Assembly (NCBI GenBank): GCA_013239625.1 | Contig: MU054212.1 | Coordinates: 7,600,270-7,664,269, forward strand | Direction: 5' to 3' | From: Lama guanicoe | Taxonomy: Eukaryota | Length of the DNA stretch: 64,000 nucleotides | Shown here: one piece after another, positions 1-14,450 of the stretch | Numbering within the stretch: position 1 is the stretch's first letter | Layout of the letters: every line of letters begins with the position of its first letter | Program-made: the position numbers and the translations under genes | Notes under the pieces: generated by a model | Database searches by the model: none | Told to the model about the DNA's origin: nothing | The model's input: the letters and a program-made list of their open reading frames with translations, nothing else

Positions 1-3000
1 AGAAAGCTTAAACTGTACTTTTCAAATTCAGTGTATGGAAGTGATGTCAGCAAAAATGGTAGAGTAAGTACCTCTGAAAATCTGCTTTTCCTAAAAGCAA
101 TAAAGGATCTGCCATAAATTGGCAGATACAACTTTTCCAAAAGACTGGAAATTCATCAAAGCCTTACAACAACCAAGCAAGCATTTATTAAGGAAAAAGA
201 GCCAAGTCTTGGGAGGAATAGTGAAACTTACCATGGTTTAACTTGCTCTAGTTCTGTCTCCTAATGTGTTGCTCTGCAGTGGCTTTGAAAAGAAACAGCC
301 CACATTATTAGTGCAGCCTTGTAGTTACCAGATGAAAGAGAATGGAACCGGAACTTTTTCGAAGCCTTAGTCCCAAAGAACATTCACATTATTTTATCCG
401 TCTAGTGATTCCCTGGAAGACTCCACTTAGTAGGCTGTCTGAAATAAAATGACTCAGAACCCACCTAATGTGAAAAGCCTTTCCCTAGGAGCATTTACGG
501 AAAACAATTACAGGAAGATGTTTTATTTTCACAGCCGCCTAAGACAGTGAATAACATTTGAGTCAAACAACAGACTGAACAAAATCTTAAAAGCAAAAAC
601 TATGGAATGAGATGTCCATGAGGTTTTGAAAGGGTCCAACATATTCTCTAGGAATCCAGAAGGACACACACGTATAGAGATGTTTGCATGCTCAGGGAAG
701 GTCTAAGAAGGTCCAAGGGTCAAACTTCTAGCTGACCTTGAGGCTCTGCACAAGCAGGAAGTAAAGGTTAGGAAAGAACTTCTTAGTGGGAAATTTACTG
801 GTTCTAGGTATTTAGGAGAAGCATTTTGTATGCTATTGAAATTATGCTGATAAAAATCTTTACTAGACTGTTATATATTAAGAAATTGATGGTAATACTC
901 AAAGCAACCACTAAGAAAACAACTCAAAAATATATACTAAAGGAAACAGAAAGAAAAATAAAATGGTACATGAGAAAATAAATCCTGAATACAAATGAAG
1001 ACAATATAGAAGGAATTAAGAAACAAAAAGACATGACATGTAGAAAACAAAGAGCAAAAGAGAAGAAATAAGACCTTTCTTATTAATAATTATATTAAAT
1101 GTAAGTGGATTAAATACAGCTATTAAAAGACAGATATTGGCATAATGGATTAAAAAATCATTCAAAAATACATCTACAAGAAATGTACTTTATAATTCAG
1201 ACACAAAAATGTTGAAGGTGAAAGGATGGAAAAAGATATATCATACAAACAGAAACCAAAAAGAGAGGTGAAGAGGCTGTATCAATGTTAAACCAAATGG
1301 ACTATAAGATAAAAATTATCACTAGATGCAGAGAAGGACATTTTATAATGATAACATTGACAGTCCTTCAAGAATATATAACAATCATTAACATATGCAT
1401 GCTGAACTACATAGCCATAAGCAAGAAGAAAAAACCTGATAGAATGATAGGGTGTAATAGTTCAAAAATAACAGTTGGAGACTTCAATACTCAACTTTCA
1501 ATAATGAATTAAACAACTAGACAGAAGATCGGCAAAGAAACAGACAACCTGAGCAACATTATAAAACAACTAAACATAACAGACATCTTTAGAGCATTCT
1601 GGCCAACAGCAGCAGAAATACATATTCTTCTCAAATGCACATGCAACATTCTCCATTATAGGCCATATACAAGGCCAAAAAATAAGTCTCAATAAATTCA
1701 AAAGAGTTGAAATCATACAAGATATGTTCTACAAACACAAGACAAAGAAATTAGAAATCAGTAACAAAGAAATTTGGAAAATTCATAAATATATAGAAAA
1801 TAAAACATACTCCTTAGTAACCAATAAGTAAATACTCTGAGATGAATGAAAACAAAAACATATCAAAACTTATAGGATACAGCAAAAGAAGTGCTTTGAG
1901 GAAAATTTATAGCTGTAAATAAATTTTAAAAAAGAAAGATTTCAAATAACCTAAGCTTCTGCTACAAGAAATTAGAAGAACAAAAGCAAGCTAAATTCAA
2001 AACAAGCAGCAATCAATGAAACAGAATATAGAAAAATAAGAGAGAAAATCGATGAAATCAAAAATTGGTTCATAGAAAAGATCAAAAACTGAATTCTTTA
2101 ACTAGGACCAACCAATTACAAAAAGAAAACTCAAATTACTAAAATAAGTAATTAAAGAGGGAACATTACTACCACTCTATATAAATAAAAAGGATTATAA
2201 GGGGATACTATGAAGAGCTGTTTACAAAAAAATAGACACTATATTTTAAAGTCGACAAATTACTAGAAAAACACTCAAGAAAAAGTTGAAAATCTGAACA
2301 CACATATAACAAAAAAAGAGACTGGATATTCATTTTTTTTAATTACCACAAAGATGAGTGCAGGACTATATGGCCTAACTAGTGAATCCTACCAAATGTT
2401 TAAAGAAGAATTAATACCATCACTTCATTTACTCCTCCAAAAAACAGTAAGGTCAGTATTACCCTGATACCAAAACCATACATCAAAGAAAACAAAATTC
2501 TAGATCAGTATCACTTATGACTATAGATACAAAAATCCTCAACAAAAAAAACAGCAAAGTCAATTCCAGCAACATATAAAAAATTATATGCACAATGACC
2601 AGGTGAGATGAATCATAGGAATGTAAAGCTAAGTCAACCTATAAAAATTAACATAAAGCCTCATATTAATAAAATAAATGAGGACATACATACGATCATG
2701 TAAATAGATACAGGAAAAAACTTGACAAAAATTCAGTAACTTTTCATGACAAAAAAGAGAGCCCTTAATAAACTAAGGATAGAAAGAAGTTTCTTCAACC
2801 TGATAAAGGACATCTACAATAAAAACCAATGGTATCCGTAGCTTCCCCCTACTCTCAGGAAGAGGACGGTGTGTTTGCTCCTGCCACTCCATTCAACAGT
2901 GTAGTAGAGGTTCTAGCCAAAAAAAGTAGGCAAGAAAAAGAAATAAAATTAAAAACATCCATAATAGGAAAGAAAGAAATGAAACTATATTTGTACCTCA

Positions 3001-3250
3001 TATGATCATGTATAGAGAATATCTTAACAAATCCACTGAAAAACTGATAGGATTAATAAATGAGTTTAGCAAGATCACAAGATACAAGACCAGTACATAA
3101 AAGTCAGTTGTGTTTTTGCACACTAGCAAATAAAAAATCTGAAAATGAAATTAAGAAAACAACTCCCTTACAAAACATACTTAGGAATAAATTTACAAGA
3201 AATGACTTGTACACTGAAAACTTCAAAATATTGTTGGAATAAAGAAGACT

Positions 3251-4103
3251 TATACCCCATCTTACACCATACCCCTAAATCAACACTAAATGGGTTCAAG
3301 TCTTGAATGTAAAACCTGAAACCATAAAACTTTTAAAATAAAACATAGTAAGTAAGCTCTCTGACAATGATCTTAGCAATAACTTTTTTTGGACTTGGCA
3401 ACAAAAGCAAAAGTAGGTAAGCAGGACTGCTTCATATTAAAAGGCTGCTGCACAGCAAAGGAAACCATCAATAAAATGAAAGGGCAACCTATGGAATGGC
3501 AGAAAATATTTGCAAACCATAATCTGATAAAGAGTTAATATCCCAAACAAAAAGAACTCATAAACTCAATAGCAAAATAAAAAAAACTGATTAAAAATGG
3601 GCAGAGAATAGAAATTTTTCTAAATAGAAATTTTTCCAAAGAAAATATCCAAATGGCCAAGAGATACATGTAAAGGCGCTCAGCATCACTAATCACCAGG
3701 GAAATACAAATCAAAACCACAATGGGATAATCACCTCACAGCTACCATCTGTGGTATCATCACGAACAGCTATCTTCAAACAGACAAAAGACCGTAAGTC
3801 CTGGTAAGGACAGGAAGAAAAGGAAATGTAAATGGGTACAGCCACTATGGAAAACAGTATGGATATTTTTCAAACAATTGAAACTAGATTGATCATATGA
3901 TCCAGCAATTCCCCTTCTGGGTATCTGCAAAGCTAGGCTGTTGTGAATAATGCAAAGAACAAGAGAGTACAGATATCTCTACAATATTCTGTTTTCATTT
4001 TCTTTGTATATACAACCTAAGTGTCCACCAATGGATATTAGACAAAAGATGTATGTATGTATGTATGTGTGTGTATGTATGTACGCATGTGTGTATATAT
4101 ATA

Positions 4104-4149
<46 letters not shown>

Positions 4150-4705
4150 GTATGTACGCATGTGTGTGTATATACACACACACATACACACATAAAATGG
4201 AATATTATTCAGCCGTGAGAAAAAAGGAAATCCTACCACTTGCAACAACATGGATGGACCTTGAGGGCATTATGCTCACTGAAATAAGCCAGAAAGATAA
4301 AGACAAATACTGCATGGTACCAATTATATGAGGAATCTAAAAAGAAAGACAAAACTCACAGAAACAGAGTAGAAAAGTGGTTGTCAGGGACTATGGAATG
4401 TGGGGAAATAGGGAGGTTGCTTAAAGAGTACAAACTTTCAGCTATAATATGAATAAGATCTGAAGATTGAATGTAAAACATGGTGACTGTTGTTGATCAT
4501 ACTATCATATAATAGAAATTTGCTAAGAGAATAGAACTTAAATTTCTCATACACACACAAATCCTGATGGATGTGTTAATTAACTAGACTGGAGAAATCC
4601 TCTTACCACGTATATGTATATCAAATCACCCAAGTATACACTCTAAATATCTTACAATCTTCTACATCAATTTATCTCATAAAGCAGAATTTTAAAAAAA
4701 TAAAA
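3251..4705 (+). mobile_element. Nested 5'-truncated L1 (L1MA9-like 3' end)
   Basis: ORF2 C-terminal and 3'UTR sequence with an A-rich tail at about 4695. Host L1 sequence (AAAGAAGACT...AAATAGAAAGACATCCC) is contiguous across the insert. Confidence 0.8.
4050..4193. repeat. Compound (GTAT)n/(GT)n/(AC)n microsatellite
   Basis: Near-pure (AC)n at about 4106-4145. The block GTATGTATGTACGCATGTGTG is duplicated on either side. Confidence 0.95.
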
Positions 4706-6569
4706 GTAAATAGAAAGACATCCCAGGTTCCTAGATTAGAAGACTTAATATTGTTAAAATGGCAATACTCCTCAGATTAATCCACAGAGTCAACACAATC
4801 TACATCATCAAAGTTACAACTGTCTTTTTTTAAAAAAGAAACTGGCAAGCTGATCCTAAAATTCATATGGAAATGCAAGACACAGAAAAGCTAAACCAAT
4901 CTAAAAAAGAAGAACGTTAAAGTCACTGTTCTTGATGTCAAAACTTACTACAGAGGTGCAATAATCAAGACAGCACTGTGCTAGCATAAAGATAGACACA
5001 TAGACCAATGAAGTAGAATTGAGCATCCACAAGTAAACCATACATCGGTAGTCACATGATTTTTGACAAGGGTGCCAAGACAATCCAATAAAGCAAAGAA
5101 CAGTCTTTGACAAATGGTCCTGGATATGCACATACAAAAGAATTAGTCAGATGTTTATCTCATACCATGTCCAAAATATAACTCAAAATGGACCAATAAC
5201 CTAAATGTTAGTGCTAAAGCTAAAATATTCTTAGAAGGAAACATAGGTGTAAATCTTTATGACCGTACTTTTAGTAACAGTTAAATATTATGCCCATTGC
5301 ACAATCAACCAAAGAAAAAAAATAGGTAAATTGGACTGTAACAAAACTAAACATTTTTTATGTTAAAGAACACAAAGAGATGAAAAGCCATCCCACAGTG
5401 GAAGAAAATATTCGCTCATAATATATTGGATAAGGATATAGTTACAGAATATGTAAAGAAGTCCTAGAGCTCTACAAAAAAAAAAAAGGCAACTCAATTT
5501 TAAAAATGGGCAAAGAATTTGAAAAGACATTTCCCCAAAGAAGATATATAAATGGTCAATAAGCACATGAAATGGCGCTCATCATTAGTCATTAGGAAGA
5601 TGCAAACCACCAGATGATACCATTCCAAATCCGCTAGGATGATTATAATTTTTTAAAAATGGGACATAGCAAGTGTTGGTAAACATATGGATAATTTGGA
5701 AACCTCATGCACTGCTATGTGAATTTAAATGGTAAAGCTATTTTGAAAACAACTTAGCAATTCCTAAAAAAGTTAAGAGTTACCATATGACCCAGCAATT
5801 CCACTCCTGGGTATATAGCCAAGAGAAATGAATACGTATGTCCACACACAAATTTGCACACGAATGTTCATAGTGGCATTATTCATAACAGCCCTAAGTA
5901 GAAACTACTCCAAGTGTCTGTCAACTAATGAATATAAAAACAAAATTTGGCATATCCATACAATGGAATATTATTCATACATAAAAAAGGAATAATGTCC
6001 CGATATATGCTACAATGTGGTTGAACTTTGAAAATCTTACACTACTTGAAAGAAGTCTGACATAAAGTTCACAAATTGTATCATTCCATTTACATAAAAT
6101 GTCCATAAGAGGCAAATCCACTGAGATAATAAAGTTGATTAGTTCTTAGAGGCCAGGAGGAGTGAGAAATGAAGAGTGAATGCCAATAGATGTGAGCAAT
6201 TATTTTCAGGATGATGAGTATATACTGCAACTACTCAATGGTGATGGTTGCACAGCCTGGTGAATATATTTAAAACCACTGAATCATTCATATTAAAAGG
6301 GTGAATTTTATGGTACATAAATTATATCCATAAAATAGCAATACAAAAATAAATTTATGAATGGTTTCATATCTTCACCAATTTATTGTAAACTGAATGT
6401 AGGAAAAATAAAGTGTAGAAAGCAATGCACTGAAATGTTTAACAGTGAAAATTTGGGGGTGCTGGGAATAAGGGTACTTTTAAAAATTAAACTTTCTCTT
6501 TCTCAATTTTTAAAATAATTCAATTAACTTTCTAATCCTAATAAAATGAATTTGACAGAAAAAAATGGA

Positions 6570-7670
6570 TATCTATTTGTCAAAGAGCACATGAAATTTG
6601 ACCCACCTCTCATACTTTATTAACTCAAAATGAATCATATAGCAAACATAAAATGTAAAACTATAAAACATTTTACTAGAAAACGTAGGAGAATATCTGC
6701 TTATACACCACGACTAGGTGGGATTTGATCCAGGAGTGCAAGGTTGGTTAATCAATTAATGTAATCCATCATGTCAACAAACTAAAAAAGAAAAAAAAAT
6801 CACATGATCATATGAATGGATGCAGAAAAAGCTTTCAGCAAAAACCAATCCACATTAATGGTAAAAACTCTCAGTAAACTAGGAATAGAGAGAAACTTTC
6901 TCAACTTGACAAAGATTATCTGCAAAAAAACAAAACCAAAAAAAAACTACAGCTAATATATTTAATGACGAGAAACTCAAGGCATTCCCATTAAGAACAG
7001 GTACAAGGCGAGGGTTTCCCCCCTCACCATTCCTTTACAACATTGTACTGAAAGTCCTTGCTGATGCTATAAGGCAATGAAAGACATACAGATTGGGAAG
7101 GAAGACACAAAACCGTCTTTGTTCACAGATGACATGATCATCTATGTAGAAAATTGGAAAGAATCAACCAAAAAAACTCTTGGGACGTACAAGCAATTAT
7201 AACAGAGTTGCAAGATTCAAGGCTAAATACACAAAAGTGAATTAATTTTCTACATACTAGCAAAGAGCAAGCGGATTTGAAATTTTTTTAAATCACTTAC
7301 ATTAACACTAAAAAATGAAATACTTAGATATAAATGTGACAAAACATGTGCAAAATCTATAAAAACTATAAAACTCTGATGAATGAAATCAATGAAGAAC
7401 TACATAAATCGAGAGACAGTCCATGCTCATGAATAGGAAGACTCTATTTTCAAGATGTCAGTTCTTCTCAACGTGATCTAGATTCAAGGCAATTCCAATT
7501 AAAATCTCAGCAAACTATTTTATGGATACTGACAAACTATTTTAAAGTTTGTATGAAGAGGCAAGAGACCCAGAACAGCCAACACGATATTGAAGGAGAA
7601 AAACAAAGTTGGAGGAATGACACTACCTGATTTCAAGACTTATTACAAATAAAAATGAACAAAGAATATC
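6570..7670 (+). mobile_element. L1 ORF2 fragments (L1MC/MD-like)
   Basis: Decayed RT motifs such as SLFTDDMIIYVEN at about 7115-7155 and [10 protein letters not shown] at about 7000. Confidence 0.8.
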
Positions 7671-8893
7671 TTAGAAGAAAAATAAAACAAGCAATTGGTA
7701 AGAGACAAAAAGCATTAAATAAATTGTAACCACACAGAGGAACTCCATCCCAGTTCATATGTGGACACATAAACTTATCTACACATACTAGGCCTGGAAA
7801 GAAAAGTGTTTTTTTTGTCTAAAGATTGAACATATTAACCCTGTTAGGTGATTTTGAAGCTTTAACTGCAAAGGGAAATTCGGTGATAATTTTGAGTAAG
7901 TGCTGAATTGTTCTGAATAAGAAAATGTTTTCTATCATTACTATTATGGTTAGCATAACTATGTTATAATAATATATAAATTATATATTATGTGAATACA
8001 ACATATACATAAATATTGTATACAATAGCACATTATAATTAGGTTTTTGAGAAAGATGTGTCTATAAAAAGATGGAAGATGGACAAGCAGCATAAAGAGG
8101 AATCAAAGAACACTCATATGAGGATAACTAATATTTAGAAATTGCTTGCATCACTATGACATTTCTCCCAAATAATAGTAAAACCTACAACAAAGACAGA
8201 GAAGGTGGAGTGGGGCAAGGGACAGTAAGGAATTCATGGAAGGACTGAGTTCCACATTTGAGCGCTATCAGTCTGACGATAAGGGAAGAGGCACTACGGA
8301 CAAAATAAATAGTAAGAATTCGGAGAAGGCAGGGATTCAGATCCAAAAGTGACATGGAAATAAAACCCCCTCATTAATTCACAGAAATCTGGAGGAGAGC
8401 ATTTGACTTTTCAAATTTCAGATTGGAAGCTCAATCCAGTCTCTTAGGGGAAGAGTCTCTCTAGCTGACATAGAAGTTACATTTGGGGTATTTGGGAGTG
8501 ATCAAACTGTCCATTGCCAATTTATGAAAATGAACCAGTAGAAACCAAGTGTTTGTGTAAAACAAGGAGTGAAGAAGACAGAGAAGCAATAAATTGGTGA
8601 AACAGAAATTAGAGGAATCACAAGTTAGAATTCAAACATGGTAGGGTAGGAACCTCTGTGAAGCCTAAACGGTACCAGAGTAGGGCTTCAAGATTTCCTT
8701 ACTCTGATGTCACCCACTCTCCTACTATACTCACTATTTTGTCCCTAGTTAAGACTTGGAGTTACCTCCCACTCTCCTGTCTTTCCAATTATCAGTCCAC
8801 TTTCCAGTGTCACTTGCCTCCTTACCCTAGGCCCCCATGGGCAACCATTAAACAATGTCTATCTTAAAGTCTGGATAGTTCTCCCTCAAGAAC

Positions 8894-9316
8894 TGTGAAG
8901 GACCTGAGATGTCTCCCTGTCTGCAAGCTGGTTCAGCCTGCCACAGTTCCATGGATGGTGGCAGAAGACACAAGATTCCTGCACCAATGACAAAGGACCA
9001 ATGGCCACTTACAGGAATAGTAGTAGCCAGGTATCAGCATTTGCATTGGTTCCCCAAGCTCCAGTACTCACAGAGCAACAAGAAGGAGCCAGATGGCACC
9101 TGCACACGTACTGGGGAGCATCACAGGAAAGAAATCCCTGGCTCGGGGAGCCTGAATCTTTTACAGTGAGCAAACTCACCCCTGCTCCAAAGGGAGACAC
9201 CATTTCTATCATCCAAGGCTGTTCACTCTACAAATATCCTTTGTAGACAGTCCTGAACAAAGGTAGTCAGTGTCTCTGCTCGTAAGGCATGTAGGAATGC
9301 TAGTAACCTTCCAACA
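8894..9316 (-). mobile_element. Solo ERVL-class LTR (LTR40-like)
   Basis: TG...CA termini on the minus strand. GAACAGCCTTGGATGATAGAAATGGTGTCTCCCTTTGGAGCA resembles the LTR40 consensus (from memory). Confidence 0.65.
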
Positions 9317-12151
9317 CTCCGCAAATTTTCTCTCTTGGTTTTGCGGTCATATATTTACTACAGAAAGTTATTAAAACAACTCACAGCATCCTTTATGAAA
9401 AAAGAATTTGAGGTGGCCCTCACAGACACTCGCCTTTATTATTTTCATCTTTTGTCTGTATTAGAGATGTCTGATTGCCCACCTCTGGTTCACAGAGCAG
9501 CACTCATAATCACCAAAGGGTGTCCTCTAAACCCTTCCGACATAACTGCCCCTCCCTGGACCAATGTCACCCTTTCCAAGAAGCTGAAGTTGAGACAAAA
9601 GACTGAGACAACCAAGAACTGGCCAGACAGTGCCATGGGCAAATTGAAGACACAGAAGATAACTAGCAAAGTCTTACTTTTTAAACCAAAAGGTTTAGTC
9701 TTCAGAGAGCAGAATGGAACATTCATGCAGAGGGAAGTATTTGCAAGCTACCATGCAATTCCACAAAGGGGAAGAAAAGCACGCTTTCTGGTTCCCTTAA
9801 GGCTCAATCCTACTCTCTTCCATTGTGTTCCATGGAAATTTCTTGTTTCCCATGGTCCCTACAATATCCCCAAGTAAATTCAGGTAATTTTATATTTTCT
9901 TTCACTTTTTATAATAGGTTTATAGTCTGCATCTCTCAATTCTTAAATAAGGCTTAAATACAATTTACCTTCCTAAGAACATCATTAAACCACTCAAATC
10001 ATGGTCGCCTCTTCACTAAGGAGAATTTCTCTCCTCTACCTCAAAAGACCTATCATACCATCTATCTATCTAGGACATACAGGTGAGAGCACTTTTACTT
10101 TACACATTATGTCTAAGATGATGTGATGACCAACAGTCCCTTGATCAAGGAAAATGTTTACCCCTTATTTTGCATTAATTATTAGGCTTATAACCGGCTT
10201 GACAACATTATCAGAAATAAGCATGCTTCTTTTGGCAAAGATATCTTCAGCTGAGAAAATGTCACTTTACTTTTGGAATCCTTTTGGCCTTTCATGACAA
10301 TATGATCCACTTTATTATGGAAAGTGTTATTTCACGCATTCTCTGAAAGATAGTTTTGACTGCTTTACAAAGAGTTCGCTGCAAAGACTTTCATGATGTC
10401 AAGCACTGTTTGATAGTTTCATTATTGCCAATGTGCAAGGGAAAGAGAATAAGTAGGCACACAGTCAAAATTCAATTTTCAGACATTCATCATCACACAT
10501 TTTCTATGCAATGCTTCTTTTCGGGCTGCCTGGTGGAAATAATACACTTGCAAATCCATTTATCCTGACATTTATACACCTGTATTCTCTATTCTGTTTA
10601 CTTTATGGTGAATGACATTACTTTTATACTTTGACAAATCATTTTATTTCCCTGGTCCACTTCTGTGAATTCAGGATGGAATGCAATAAAATAATATGCA
10701 AGTTTCACAAATATAAACAATAGCATGAAAACACTTTGGTCAACCTGACCTGCCCCCTGTTAACTGGATGTTAGCCAAGACCACGTGAGCAACCAAGGAT
10801 ATGGAATTCAGAACCATTACTGAGAATGTAATCTGATGATGATATAATTAATCCTGCATTTCACATTTATTAAATGTTTTTCAACAAAAGTTTCATCCTT
10901 CTTCCTCTTGGCACAGCTCAACTGCCTGTGGACCATTTGATGCTCAGCCAGGTTGTAAAGCAGGTCAGAGATTTTGCTTTGATAAACACTAACTCATCTG
11001 CCAGCTACGTGCAGGTAAAGATTTTCACCCATTCCTCTGAGTACCGCACACCTAGACCAGCTGAGAACTAATATGTGCCCAATGAAAGTTCCCAGTTCTT
11101 AAATATGTTTGTTTCAAATTCTGTCCTTTCCTTGCCTTGGCATCCTTTGGACTCTAGGAAAACAACTTTTATAAGCATGACTTTTCAATCCAGTCTGGTC
11201 TCTCTGAATTTCTAACCCTTATAGCTACTTTGCTGCTGGAAAATTTCCACTTGTGTGGTAGAACTTTTCAAGTTTAATACTTCCCAGACAAGCTCATCCC
11301 GACATAGTACCTAACATCAGAGACAACTCCTCCTTGTTCCCCCTGCCACTTGTCACATTATTGCGCTCGCAATCCAGGCTCAACTTTCCAGCCTTTTATT
11401 TCCTCTTTCTCTCCCATCTGCTGGCAACATTAAAGCCTTGTTATTCTCTTAACACATTTATTTTGTTTACAGTTATGTTTCCATTACAACTGTAAGAGGG
11501 ACTTACTTAAGAACTAATTGATCCAAAGCTGCATAAGAAAGTAATTGATAGTTCAGCCCCAAACTCCATGCCCTACTTCTACACAGCGATTCAAGACTGG
11601 CGTGGCACAACCATCACTGTTGCTGATTCTTCAACAATTCACTGATGAATCAATCAACAAATTAATTCTTCAAGCCCAAGTTCATGCCAGGTCTCTCCTT
11701 CTAATTCTGCTGCAACCACCCTAGCTCAGATCTGCCCTCTCAAAATGGCAGTGTTTCCATTTGAGTCTCTCTACTTTGTCCATAATTCATTCTGCTCACT
11801 TCCACCATACTGATCTTAAGATCGTGTTCTATTTTTGCCACTATCCAACATAAAAAAAAAAAAAACCAATGGCCAGTTGAATAAAGTTTAAACTTCTTGT
11901 CTTAACGTTCAAGGATCTTGTATGGCTGCTGAAGCATAAAATAACAAAAATTTGGACTGCGAATTAGGTGGACAAGCTTATTTGTTATAATTGTGTTACC
12001 CTACCTCTAAGCCTCCTTCTTTATCTATAGAATGAGGAATGAGTATATCAAACAAACTTCTTAGCTAAGTGTGAAACTGTGCAAGTCTCTCTTTCAAATC
12101 TTAGCTTCCAGTCTTTCACTAAGTGTTCTCTGCTTTTCAGTCCAGTGGAAC

Positions 12152-13312
12152 CACAATGGACCCTTGACCAACACAGGTTTGAACTGTGTAGGTCCACTTA
12201 TATAGGGATTTTTTTTCAATAAATATACGAAAATCTATGTGTAGAACATTGTGTACAAGACTTGTTTTGAAGCGGATAGACTATCCTTACATAAACATAA
12301 GGTGAACGACTGAATATAAAATTAAGAATGTGTTAGGTTTTTAAGGGATAGACTGGGATTTCAAAATTGTAGAATAGATAAACAAGATTATACTGTATAG
12401 CACAGGGAAATATATACAAGATCTTATGGTAGCTCACACAGAAAAAGAATGACAATGAATATATATATATGTTCATGTATAACTGAAAAATTCTGCTCTA
12501 CACTGGAATTTGACACAACATTGTAAAATGATTATACATCAATAAAAAATATTAAAAAGAATGTGTTAGGTTTCTTTTTTTACTGTTTCCTAACTTCATT
12601 TTCAAAGAATTACATTACCATCCAGTATGCTTCTCTCTCTCGTAATTGGAGAAACTTCATATCAGCCTATGATCATAGGTAAGGGATCTTTTTTAACATA
12701 ACAGTGTTTCCAGTACTGCATTATGAATATGGCTGTAATACTGTAATGCCCTAAAAATTGAGAAGGATTCATTCATTAGTGTACAGGCTAGTCTACTGTG
12801 AAGCAACCATATGGATGGCACTAGGCAACCATAAACCAATCATATTGCTGCTTCTTCATTACCAATGCATGAATTGTTATACCTGTAAATAAACATCAAT
12901 TTCTTTTTCACAGTCTTTTAATTTGTGATGTCTACTGTTAGTAATATGCTTAATATCTAGTGTTTTGTATCAGATGGGACAATATTGACGGAGGTACTGA
13001 TAGACAATTCATCTTGTAAACAGAAGACATACACCTAGGTTATCGATAAATACAATACCATACTGAAATACATTTTCTTTTCTTTATGATTTTCTTAACA
13101 TTTCCTTTTCCCTAGCTTATGTTATTCTAAGAATACAGTATGTAATACATATAACATATAACATATGCATTAATTGACTATTTATGTTATAAGGAAGGCT
13201 AAGTCTTCTGGTCAACAGTAGGTTAGTAGTTGTTAAGTTTGGGGGGAGTCAAAATTTATACACAGATTTTCAACTGTGTGGGATCAGTGACCTAATCTCC
13301 ACATTCCAACTG
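12152..13312 (+). mobile_element. Tigger2-family (TcMar) non-autonomous DNA transposon
   Basis: 5' end CAATGGACCCTTGACCAACACAGGTTTGAACTG...GGTCCACTTATA and 3' end GGGGAGTCAAAATTTATACACAGATTTTCAACTG...CAACTG match Tigger2 termini. Confidence 0.82.
12341..12556 (+). mobile_element. Young, severely 5'-truncated cetartiodactyl/camelid L1 3' end nested in Tigger2
   Basis: Perfect 17-bp TSD AAGAATGTGTTAGGTTT (12324-12340 and 12557-12573), AATAAA plus an A-rich tail, and a TT/AAGA endonuclease-type site. Confidence 0.88.
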
Positions 13313-13534
13313 GGTGTGTCATTTGCTAGTACAACTGTCAAAGTTTCTACCCCTGCCGTTCCTCTCTGCAAGCAATATTTAACTCTTACCCTAAATAAAA
13401 TATTATCTATACATCATAGTTTTATTTTTCAGGAGATTTTCTTTAACCAGAATAACTACCTTCTATAAATTCCCAAAGCACGTGGATTTTGCTTCTCTTA
13501 TAACACTACCAACTTTCGTAACATAGATCTTTAA

Positions 13535-14450
13535 AAAAAATACTTTATATTTACAGTAGTTCTAGGTTTACAGCAAAATCGAGTGGAAGGTACAGAGATT
13601 TCCCATATACTCCCTGCCCCTGCACATGCACTGCTTCACCCACTATCAGCATCCCACGCCAGCATGGTGTATTTGCTATAACTGAGGAAACTTCTTTGTC
13701 ACTCAGAGTTCAGAGTTTACATCAGGGTTCGTGCTTTGTGTTGTATACTCTATGGGTTTGAACAAATGTACAATGATATATTTTTCATTATAGTATAATA
13801 CAAAATAATTTCAATGCCCTAAAAATCTTCTGTGCTCTACCTGGCTCATCCTTCCCTCCTCTATAACCCCTAGAAACTACTGGTCCTTTACAGTCTCCGT
13901 AATTTTGCATTTTCCAAAATGTCATACTATTGGAATCATACATTATGTCGATGTTTCAGTTTGGCTTCTTTCACTTAGTAATGTTCATTTAAGGCTCCTC
14001 CAGGTTATTCCATAGCTTGACAGCTCATTTTTTACAGCAGTGAGTAATATTCCACTGTCAGAGTATACAGTTTATTTACCATTCACCTACTGAAATACAC
14101 CTTGGTTACTTCCAAGTTTTGGCAAATTATGAATTAACTGCTATAAACATTCGTGTGCAGGGTTTTGTATGGACACACATTTTCAACTAATTTGGGTAAA
14201 CATCAAAGTTTACAATTGCTGGGTTGTAGTGTAACAGTATGCTCAGTTTTATAAGAAACTGCCCACTTGTCTTCCAAAGTGGCTGTACCACTTTGCATTC
14301 CCAACAACAGTGAATGAGGGCTCCTGTTGCTTCATATCCTTGTTGGTATATGGTGCTGTCACTGTTTTGGATTTACTCCATTCTACGAATGTGCAGTTGT
14401 ATCTCATTGTTTTAATTTTGCAATTCCTTAATAACATATGATATTGAGTA
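13535..14450 (-). mobile_element. L1 3' end (L1MC1/2-like)
   Basis: Reverse-strand L1 3'UTR (AGGTACAGAGATTTCCCATATACTCCCTGCCCC) and ORF2 C-terminus (KWYSHFGRQ). Confidence 0.82.

Larger units (their letters stand above)
43..6350 (+). mobile_element. Old, internally deleted L1 (L1M/L1MB-like): 5'UTR remnant, decayed ORF2 and 3'UTR, interrupted by a nested L1
   Basis: 5'-end-like GATGTCAGCAAAAATGG. Endonuclease start motif (ILNVSGLN..IKRQ) at about 1090; RT-region homology to about 3250, resuming at about 4706. L1MB-type 3' end at about 6250-6350. Many stops and frameshifts. Confidence 0.88.

Noticed and set aside
1085..7670. Possible active L1 or intact reverse transcriptase
   Set aside because: ORF2 homology is broken by many stops, frameshifts, deletions and nesting; no ORF longer than about 90 aa.
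9335..9877. 180-aa plus-strand ORF
   Set aside because: Begins at TTG, resembles no protein I recognise, is antisense within an intron and has no evident exon signals; most likely a chance ORF.
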